From Flavobacteriales bacterium (GTDB taxonomy: Bacteria > Bacteroidota > Bacteroidia > Flavobacteriales_F > PHOS-HE28): DNA of 30,702 bases. The stretch covers positions 1-30,702 of the forward strand of contig JALOLX010000002.1 of assembly GCA_025455765.1 (NCBI GenBank), written 5' to 3'. Each line of letters opens with the position of its first letter. Position 1 is the first letter of the stretch. A model generated the notes under the pieces. That model did not search any database. It worked only from the letters and a program-made list of their open reading frames with translations, and had not been told where the DNA came from. Below are positions 19,114 through 26,272 of the stretch, in pieces. A program made the position numbers and the translations under genes.

Positions 19114-19725
19114 TCAGGGTTTGAAGCCGATGGGCTTGCGTGGCTCCGACGGCGGAGCGAGCAGCTGCTTGAGGTATTCGAAGATGCTCTGGATGTCGGT
19201 GCCATGCTCGCCTATCCGCTTCTCGAGTTGCTCCAAGCGAAGGAGGATGTCCTTGTGGGCGAGCATTGCCTCGCGCATACGCACAAAGAGATCGATGATG
19301 CGGATGCTGACAGCGATGGCTTGTTCGCTCTTGAGCACATTCGCGAGCATGAGGATGCCGTGCTCGGTGAAACCATACGGCAGGGTACCGCCGGTGTGGC
19401 TGTGGGAAGGTATCGCATTCTGCGATACCAAGTCGCGTAACTCACTGGGTGTTAGCTGGAACATGAATTGTTCCGGGAAGCGGGCGATGTTCCGCTTCAC
19501 CTGCTCACGCAGACGGATGGGCTTAACCCCATAGAGCACGGCCAGATCGCGGTCCAGCATCACCTTCTGGCCACGGATGTGGCGGACCTTACCAAGGAGC
19601 ACATCATCAGTAAGGTGACCGATCGTGTAGTCGGCAGGTGGTTCCGCTAACACGAGATGCCGCATGGGCAGCAGGTCCGTGTAGGCGGGCTTCTGAAAGA
19701 GGTTGTCCGTTGCCAGGGTTCTCAT
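19114..19725 (-). CDS. ORF6N (KilA-N-like) DNA-binding protein, copy 1
   Basis: IRGQKVMLDRDLAVLYGV...RNIARFPEQFMFQLT...FTEHGILMLANVL...RKPIGFKP. Alternative start at 19665. Confidence 0.92.
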   Translation of the reverse strand: MRTLATDNLFQKPAYTDLLPMRHLVLAEPPADYTIGHLTDDVLLGKVRHIRGQKVMLDRDLAVLYGVKPIRLREQVKRNIARFPEQFMFQLTPSELRDLVSQNAIPSHSHTGGTLPYGFTEHGILMLANVLKSEQAIAVSIRIIDLFVRMREAMLAHKDILLRLEQLEKRIGEHGTDIQSIFEYLKQLLAPPSEPRKPIGFKP

Positions 19726-19752
19726 CGATCGGCTGACCGGTTATCTGCCGGG

Positions 19753-19782
19753 CAAAGATAATGACTATTTTACCGCCTGCAA
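19753..19782 (-). promoter_or_regulatory. Bacteroidota sigma-A promoter (TTG-N19-TAnnTTTG) for the ORF6N array and probably the repressor
   Basis: Minus-strand TATCTTTG at 19760-19753 and TTG at 19782-19780 with a 19-nt spacer, in a locally AT-rich patch. Confidence 0.7.
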
Positions 19783-19821
19783 CATGACAGTTATCTTGTC
19801 AATACCGGACGGTTGGGCGGA

Positions 19822-19975
19822 GCGGGGACCCCGCGCCCGGGATGGGAGCGGCGGCTCCCGCACGGCAGGGCCCTGCGGAGGCGTGCAACGAGGAGGCACC
19901 GAGGAACGAGGGGACCCCGCAGTGCCGCCACCGCTGGCATGGCCGCGCGGGACCACAGCGGACAGCCCGAAAAGG
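19822..19975. repeat. GC-rich multi-hairpin element (REP/MITE-like or ncRNA)
   Basis: GCGGGG-A-CCCCGC (19822-34), GGGAGC-GGCG-GCTCCC (19844-59), GCAGGGCCCTGC (19865-76), and GGGGACCCCGC repeated at 19824 and 19910. Confidence 0.55.
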
Positions 19976-19981
19976 CGCCCA

Positions 19982-20005
19982 CCCTTCGACTCCGCTCAGG
20001 GTGAC
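19982..20005. repeat. Bacteroidota REP-like unit CCCTTCGACTCCGCTCAGGGTGAC
   Basis: Resembles the GTCA(C/T)CCTGAGCG(G/A)AGTCGAAGG palindromic repeat I recall as widespread in Bacteroidota (not searched). Single copy here. Confidence 0.6.
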
Positions 20006-20011
20006 GCCGCG

Positions 20012-20096
20012 GATCGGATAATGGGATGCAAGACCGATGATCACAACGCCCCATCTACCACCAAGCTGCATTTTCTGATCATCTGATCTTCTGATC
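20012..20096. repeat. TCTGATC-rich imperfect hairpin element upstream of dinB
   Basis: GATCGGATAATGG (20012-24) and TGATCATCTGATCTTCT (20076-92) both recur downstream of dinB. Confidence 0.7.
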
Positions 20097-20107
20097 GACC
20101 GATCGAC

Positions 20108-21325
20108 ATGGAACGCACCATCCTTCACATCGATCTCAACACCTTCTTCGTGAGCGTGGAACGGCTGCGTGAACCGAAGCTGAACGGCAAGCCCGTGCTG
20201 ATCGGCGCCGACAGCGACCGCGGCGTGGTGGCCAGTTGCAGCTACGAGGCGCGTGCCTTCGGGGTGCGCAGCGCCATGCCCATGAAGATGGCCAAGCAGC
20301 TGTGCCCCGAAGCCATCATCCTGCGCGGCGACAGCGGCCTCTACCTGAAGAAGAGCGACGAGGTGACCGAGATCATCCGCGCCAACGTGCCGCTCTTCGA
20401 GAAGAGCAGCGTGGACGAGTTCTACGTGGATCTGAGCGGCACCGACAAATTCCACGGAAGCCAGAAACTGGCGCGGGAGCTGCGGCAGCGCATCATCAAC
20501 GAGAGCGGGCTGCCCAACAGCTTCGGCATGAGCATCAACAAGACGGTGAGCAAGGTGGCCACCGGCGAGGCCAAGGGCGGCGCAGGCGAGTGGTATGTGG
20601 AGCGCGGCACGGAGAAGCCCTTCCTGGCGCCGATGCCCATTGAGCGCATCCCCGGCGTGGGCGAGAAGACGGCGCACCTGCTGCGCAGCATGGGCGTGGC
20701 GAAGATCCACACGCTGCAGGAGGTGCCCATGGACCTGATGCAGCGCCTGCTGGGCGAGCATGGGCCGGTGCTGTGGCGCAAGGCCAACGGCATCGACGAC
20801 AGCCCCGTGGTGGCCTGGCACGAACGCAAAAGCATCAGCACCGAACGCACCTTTGAGCGCGACACCATCGATGTGCCCAAGCTCAAGGGCCTGCTCACCG
20901 CCATGGCCGAGAGCCTCGCCTTCCAGCTGCGCAAGGGGCAGAAGCTCACCAGCTGCGTGGCCGTGAAGATCCGCTACGCCGACTTCAACACCCACACCAA
21001 GCAGCTGCGCATCCCCTACACGGCCTGCGACCACCTGATCCTGCCCACGGTGCACGAGCTGTTCCGCAGCCTCTACGACCGCCGCCAGCGCATCCGCCTG
21101 ATCGGTGTGCGCTTCAGCCACCTGGTGGGCGGCGGGCACCAGATCGATGCCTTCACCGATACGGAGGAAGCCATGAGTCTCTACCAGGCCATGGACAAGA
21201 TCCGCAAGCGCTTCGGCGACCGCACCGTGATGCGCGCCAGCGGCATGGATGCCAAGAGCATCGGCCGCATGGACAACCCCTTTGATGGGCAGGCGCCGGT
21301 GTTGCTGGCGAACAGGAGAAGCTGA
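20108..21325 (+). CDS. dinB: DNA polymerase IV (Y-family)
   Basis: ILHIDLNTFFVSVE, VVASCSYEAR.FGVRSAMP, SSVDEFYVDL, IPGVG, KSISTERTF. Confidence 0.96.
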   Translation: MERTILHIDLNTFFVSVERLREPKLNGKPVLIGADSDRGVVASCSYEARAFGVRSAMPMKMAKQLCPEAIILRGDSGLYLKKSDEVTEIIRANVPLFEKSSVDEFYVDLSGTDKFHGSQKLARELRQRIINESGLPNSFGMSINKTVSKVATGEAKGGAGEWYVERGTEKPFLAPMPIERIPGVGEKTAHLLRSMGVAKIHTLQEVPMDLMQRLLGEHGPVLWRKANGIDDSPVVAWHERKSISTERTFERDTIDVPKLKGLLTAMAESLAFQLRKGQKLTSCVAVKIRYADFNTHTKQLRIPYTACDHLILPTVHELFRSLYDRRQRIRLIGVRFSHLVGGGHQIDAFTDTEEAMSLYQAMDKIRKRFGDRTVMRASGMDAKSIGRMDNPFDGQAPVLLANRRS

Positions 21326-21331
21326 TCAGAG

Positions 21332-21427
21332 GATCAGACAATGAGACGATCAGATAATGGAAATGCCGGGGATGGTATGGCACTGGCGTGGGCGCAGGTG
21401 ATCATCTGATCTTCTCATTCTCTGATC
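21332..21427. repeat. Long imperfect inverted repeat downstream of dinB (REP-like; possible terminator or mRNA stabiliser)
   Basis: 27-nt arms at 21332-21358 and 21401-21427 are complementary at 24 of 27 positions, with a 42-nt loop. Confidence 0.8.
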
Positions 21428-21494
21428 GGACCTGGGCGTGCGGACCTTCCCTCCCACCGGCCAGCGCACAGGTCGGAGTGGGATCTGACCCAAG

Positions 21495-21543
21495 TCTTGA
21501 GCAAGGGCTGTAGTTGCCTTGGCCAAGCCCGCATCCCACCTTG
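21495..21543. promoter_or_regulatory. Phased CTTG-N2-CAAG palindromes (candidate operator array)
   Basis: TCTTG-AG-CAAGG at 21495, CCTTG-GC-CAAGC at 21517 and half-site CCTTG at 21539, an exact 22-bp period. Confidence 0.45.
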
Positions 21544-21686
21544 GGGGTCTAGCCGCCTATTTTGTAACTCCGTCCTCCCTTCCCCGTCCCATTACCGGTC
21601 ATCGCACCTTCCCGACCGTCCGTGTGATCGGCCTTTCTGCTGCATCTTCACGCTCCATCTTGCACCCTGCAAACCCTCCACCCCGC

Positions 21687-22574
21687 ATGCAACTCGTCAT
21701 CAACGGCCTCAGCAAGACCTACGGCAACGGCGTGAAAGCGCTGGACAACGTGAGCCTCACCATCCCCACCGGCATGTTCGGACTACTGGGGCCCAACGGC
21801 GCCGGCAAAAGTTCGCTCATGCGCATCCTGGCCACGTTGCAGGAGGCCGATGCGGGCACGATCATGCTCGGCGATCTGGATGTGCTCAACCAGAAACATG
21901 AGGTGCGCAAGGTGCTCGGCTACCTGCCGCAGGAGTTCGGTGTGTACCCCAAGGTGAGCGCCTACCAGATGCTCGACCACATCGCACTGCTGAAAGGAGT
22001 GATCGCCAATGGCGAACGCAAACAACTGGTGGAGGCCCTGCTGCAAAAGGTGAACCTCTGGGACCATCGCAACCGTCGCATCGCAGGCTTCAGCGGTGGC
22101 ATGAAACAACGCTTCGGCATCGCCCAGGCGCTCATCGGCGACCCCAAGCTCATCATCGTGGATGAACCCACCGCAGGCCTCGACCCCGGCGAGCGCAACC
22201 GCTTCTATAACCTGCTCACGGAGATCGGCGAGAACGTGGTGGTGATCCTCAGCACCCACATCGTGCAGGATGTGCAGGAGCTGTGCAACAACATGGCCAT
22301 CATCAACAAGGGCCAGCTGCTCTTCGCAGGTTCACCCAGCGATGCGCTGCGTGCTGCAGAAGGCCACATCTGGGAGAAGCGGATCAGCAAGAGCGAACTG
22401 GAGCACCACCTCGCAACACACCGGGTCATCAGCAACAAGCTCATCGCAGGCAGCCCGGTGATCCACGTCTTCAACAGCACCCGGCCCGCCGATGACTTCG
22501 TACCGGTGGAACCCAACCTTGAGGATGTGTTCTTCAGCCACATCAACGGCACCCTCAACACCACCGCAGCATGA
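21687..22574 (+). CDS. ABC transporter ATP-binding protein
   Basis: Walker A GPNGAGKS, signature FSGGMKQR, Walker B IIVDEPTAGLD, and H-loop STH. Confidence 0.95.
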   Translation: MQLVINGLSKTYGNGVKALDNVSLTIPTGMFGLLGPNGAGKSSLMRILATLQEADAGTIMLGDLDVLNQKHEVRKVLGYLPQEFGVYPKVSAYQMLDHIALLKGVIANGERKQLVEALLQKVNLWDHRNRRIAGFSGGMKQRFGIAQALIGDPKLIIVDEPTAGLDPGERNRFYNLLTEIGENVVVILSTHIVQDVQELCNNMAIINKGQLLFAGSPSDALRAAEGHIWEKRISKSELEHHLATHRVISNKLIAGSPVIHVFNSTRPADDFVPVEPNLEDVFFSHINGTLNTTAA

Positions 22575-25500
22575 CCTGGCGGCTCTTCCTCCTCGAAGTG
22601 CGCCATTGGCTCCGTCAGCCCATGGTGTACATCTTCCTGCTCCTCTTCGCCCTGATCGGCTTCGGTCTGGTGACGTGGGATAAGCTGGTGGTGGGTGGGC
22701 AGCTGGCCAACGTGCAGTTGAACGCCCCTTACATGGTGTTCCAGTACTACGCCGTCATGGGGTTCCTGGGGCTGCTGATGGTGACCGCCTTCGTCAACGC
22801 CAGCGCCATCCGTGACTTCGCGAACAACACCCAGCAGATCATGTTCAGCACACCGCTGAAGAAAAGCCACTACCTGCTGAGCCGCTTCCTGGGCAGCACC
22901 TTCGTGGCGTCGCTTCCGCTGCTGGGCATCTCGCTGGGTATGCTGCTGGGCAGCGCCATGCCCTGGGTGGATCCCGAACGGCTGGGTCCGAACGATCTGA
23001 TGGCCCATGCGCAGGCCTACCTCTACCTCAGCCTGCCCAATATCCTGTTCTCCTCGGCCATCATCTTCTCGGTGGCCGTTCTGATGCGCAGTACGGCGGC
23101 AGCCTTCATCACGGCCGTTGTGATCATGGTGGGCAATGGTGTGGCCGACACCTTCATGGGCGAGATGGAGAACCAGACCCTCGCCGCATTGCTCGACCCC
23201 TTCGCCGGCATCGCGTTCGAACTGGTATCGCGCTACTGGACGGTGGACGACAAGAACACCCTGCTGCTGCCCATGAACGGCGTGTTCCTGTGGAACCGCA
23301 TCCTCTGGCTGGCCATCGCGGCTGGCATCTTCGGGCTGGGCTACTGGCGCTTCAGCTTCAGTGAGCGCAACAAGGTGGGCAAGCTTCCGCCGGCCACTTC
23401 GGAAGTGGAAGCGCTCCGCGCCGCCGCCGCTCCACTTCCCAAGGTGTCGCGCCAGCATGGCACCAGCGCGCGTTTCCGGCAATGGCGTCGCATCGTGTGG
23501 AACGACTTCACAGGCATGCTCCGTGGAACGGCCTTCCTGCTGGTCACGGGCATCGGCCTGCTCAACATGTTCTTGAGCCTGGCCTTCTCCACCTCGCTGT
23601 ACGAGAACACCATCCACCCGGTGACCTACCGCGTGAACGACATCACCGAGGGCACGTTCTCGCTCTTCCTCCTGATCCTGGTGACCTTCTACAGCGGTCT
23701 GCTCGTGTGGAAGGAACGGGAGCCCAAGCTGGATGAAGTACACGATGCCACGCCCATCCCATTGGGACTCTCACTGTTCGGCAAGTACACGGCCCTGGTA
23801 CTGCTCCTCGCTGTGGTGCTCAGCATTTCGGCGTTCGGAGGAATGATCTACCAGCTCACCCAAGGCTACACACGGCTTGAGCTCAACGTCTACCTCGGCA
23901 ATTACGTCCTACCGAACCTCGTCGGCTTGTCCATCATGTCCGCGCTCGCCTTCGCCATCCATGTGCTGGTGAACAACAAGTACGTGGGCTACGCCGTGTT
24001 CATTGTGTTCCTGGTGGGCAATGGCATCCTGCTCAATGCGTTGGACATCACCACGCGGCTGGCCAGCTTCAACAGCGCCCCCAGCGACCCCTATTCGGAC
24101 ATGAACGCCTATGGCACGTCGCTGCGGGCCTGGGCCTGGTTCAAGGCGTATTGGGGCGCCTTCGCTGCAGTGTTGATGAGCGTTGCGCTCCTCTTCTGGA
24201 TCCGTGGGCGGGAGACCGAACGGGCCTGGCGCCTGCGGCTTGCGGGCCAACGGCTGCGCACCACCCGTTGGTTGCTCTTGCCCGCACTGGCCGCGTGGAT
24301 CGGTCTTGGTGCCTGGAACTACTACAACACCAAGGTGCTCAACAAAATGGTCGGCGAGGACCAGTTGGAGGAGGACCGCGTGTACTACGAACGGACCTAC
24401 AAGAAGTACGAAGGCATCCCCCAGCCCCACTATACCGACATCCGCTTCACCATCGACCTGGTCCCTGCTGAACGCTCGCTGCACAGTGTGGCGGAGGTCA
24501 CTGTGCGCAACAAGTCGCGCGTACCGATCGATTCCCTCCACCTGAACCTGGGCGGCGGCGGGATCGAGCAGGAGGTGAGCATCCCCGGTGCCCAGCTGGT
24601 GGTGAACGACGAACGGGTGGACTACCGCATCTACAAGCTGGACAAGGCCCTGCAGCCGGGAGAGGAACTGCGCTTCACCGTTACCGCAAGCCACACGGAA
24701 CGCGGGTTCGAGAACAACGTGACCGCCATGCAGTTGAACCACAACGGCACCTTCTTCAACAACATGGACCTCATCCCGCTGATCGGATATACGGCCGACG
24801 GCGAATTGCAGGACAAGAACGACCGCAAGGACCATGACCTGCCGCCCAAGGAGCGCATGCCACGCCTCACCAGCGACAGCCTCGCGCGGATGCAGCAGTA
24901 CTTGATGCCCAACAGTGACTGGGTGAACGTGAGCACCATCATCAGCACCACTCCCGATCAGATCGCCATCGCGCCAGGAAGCCTCAAGCGCGAATGGACC
25001 GAGAACGGCAAGCGCTACTTCGAGTACGTGGTGGACCATCCCAGCATGAACTTCTACTCCTTCATGAGCGCCCGCTATGAAGTACACCGGGAGAAGTTCG
25101 ACGGAGTTGACGTGGAGGTGTACTACCATCCCGACCATGCTGAGAACGTGCCGCGCATGGCACAGAGCATCAAACGTTCGCTCGCCTACTACGGCACACA
25201 CTTCGGTCCCTATCGGCACAAGCAGGCGCGCATCATCGAGTTCCCCCGCTACCAGAGCTTCGCTCAGGCCTTCCCCGGCACCATGCCGTACAGCGAAGCC
25301 ATCGGCTTCATCGCTGACCTGAGCGACACCACCGACATCGATATGGTGTTCTACGTGGTGGCGCACGAGATGGGGCACCAGTGGTGGGCGCACCAGGTGA
25401 TGGGCGCCGACATGCAGGGCAGCACGCTCCTGAGCGAGACCATGTCACAATACAGCGCGCTGATGGTGATGGAGGAGGAGTACGGCCGCGCACAGATGCG

Positions 25501-26164
25501 GAAGTTCCTCAAGCTGGAGAGCGATCGCTACCAAAGTGCACGCGGAACCGAAGAGCTGAAGGAAGTACCGCTGCTCGAAGTGGAGAACCAGGGCTACGTC
25601 CATTATAACAAGGGTAGCGTGGTGCTTTACTGCCTGCGCGACTTCGTGGGCGAGGATAAGCTGAACCATGCCTTCCGTAACCTGGTGGACACCTTCGCCT
25701 ACGCCGAACCACCCTACCCCACCGCCCTCGACATGTACCGCGAACTGGAACAGGTGGTGCCGGACAGCTTGGAGTACCTGCTCATCGATGGGTTCAAGAA
25801 GATCACGCTCTACAACAACCGTGTGGATAAGGCCACGGCCCGCATGCTACCGGACAGTACGTACGAGGTGACCGTGGAGATCTTCGGCGAGAAGAATTAC
25901 GCGGACTCGCTCGGTCGCGAGACCCCTGCAACGATGAACGATTGGATGGACGTCAGCATCCTCCGCTACCCCAAGTTGGGAATGAAGGCGGACAAGTCGC
26001 TGAACGACGTACCACTGGTGCAACAGCGCATGCGACTTCGTTCCGGAGTGAACACGCTCACCTTCGTGGTACCGGAGAAGCCCATGCAGGCCGTGGTCGA
26101 TCGGGACAATCTGTTCTTCGACCGTGTGATGCAGGACAATATGAAGACGGTGGAGGTGCCCTGA
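22571..26164 (+). CDS. ABC-2 type permease fused to an M1-family aminopeptidase domain (copy 1)
   Basis: About 600 aa of TM helices in two permease halves, then an extracytoplasmic domain with VVAHEMGHQWW...SE (zinc motif) and HYNKG. Confidence 0.92.
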   Translation: MTWRLFLLEVRHWLRQPMVYIFLLLFALIGFGLVTWDKLVVGGQLANVQLNAPYMVFQYYAVMGFLGLLMVTAFVNASAIRDFANNTQQIMFSTPLKKSHYLLSRFLGSTFVASLPLLGISLGMLLGSAMPWVDPERLGPNDLMAHAQAYLYLSLPNILFSSAIIFSVAVLMRSTAAAFITAVVIMVGNGVADTFMGEMENQTLAALLDPFAGIAFELVSRYWTVDDKNTLLLPMNGVFLWNRILWLAIAAGIFGLGYWRFSFSERNKVGKLPPATSEVEALRAAAAPLPKVSRQHGTSARFRQWRRIVWNDFTGMLRGTAFLLVTGIGLLNMFLSLAFSTSLYENTIHPVTYRVNDITEGTFSLFLLILVTFYSGLLVWKEREPKLDEVHDATPIPLGLSLFGKYTALVLLLAVVLSISAFGGMIYQLTQGYTRLELNVYLGNYVLPNLVGLSIMSALAFAIHVLVNNKYVGYAVFIVFLVGNGILLNALDITTRLASFNSAPSDPYSDMNAYGTSLRAWAWFKAYWGAFAAVLMSVALLFWIRGRETERAWRLRLAGQRLRTTRWLLLPALAAWIGLGAWNYYNTKVLNKMVGEDQLEEDRVYYERTYKKYEGIPQPHYTDIRFTIDLVPAERSLHSVAEVTVRNKSRVPIDSLHLNLGGGGIEQEVSIPGAQLVVNDERVDYRIYKLDKALQPGEELRFTVTASHTERGFENNVTAMQLNHNGTFFNNMDLIPLIGYTADGELQDKNDRKDHDLPPKERMPRLTSDSLARMQQYLMPNSDWVNVSTIISTTPDQIAIAPGSLKREWTENGKRYFEYVVDHPSMNFYSFMSARYEVHREKFDGVDVEVYYHPDHAENVPRMAQSIKRSLAYYGTHFGPYRHKQARIIEFPRYQSFAQAFPGTMPYSEAIGFIADLSDTTDIDMVFYVVAHEMGHQWWAHQVMGADMQGSTLLSETMSQYSALMVMEEEYGRAQMRKFLKLESDRYQSARGTEELKEVPLLEVENQGYVHYNKGSVVLYCLRDFVGEDKLNHAFRNLVDTFAYAEPPYPTALDMYRELEQVVPDSLEYLLIDGFKKITLYNNRVDKATARMLPDSTYEVTVEIFGEKNYADSLGRETPATMNDWMDVSILRYPKLGMKADKSLNDVPLVQQRMRLRSGVNTLTFVVPEKPMQAVVDRDNLFFDRVMQDNMKTVEVP

Positions 26165-26165
26165 A

Positions 26166-26177
26166 CCTTGCTCAAGG
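26166..26177. promoter_or_regulatory. CCTTG-CT-CAAGG palindrome before the second permease-peptidase gene
   Basis: 11 of 12 bases match the reverse complement of the 21495-21506 site. Confidence 0.4.
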
Positions 26178-26272
26178 ATCTCCGCTGACGGAGGTGACCT
26201 TCTTGCACCCCGAAGAAGGAACGTTACATCAGGAGAAGAGCAGCATTCCATCCTGACACATCGCTTGGCAGA

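Noticed and set aside
17074-19725. Prophage immunity region (cI-like repressor plus antirepressor-like genes)
   Set aside because: No integrase, att-like tRNA, replication, structural or lysis genes are present. The flanks are housekeeping genes and the dinB linkage fits a host SOS regulator. A distant phage origin is not excluded.
17957-21427. CRISPR array, diversity-generating retroelement or integron explanation for the repeats
   Set aside because: There is no regular repeat-spacer period, no cas, reverse transcriptase or integrase gene, and paralogue differences are not adenine-specific.
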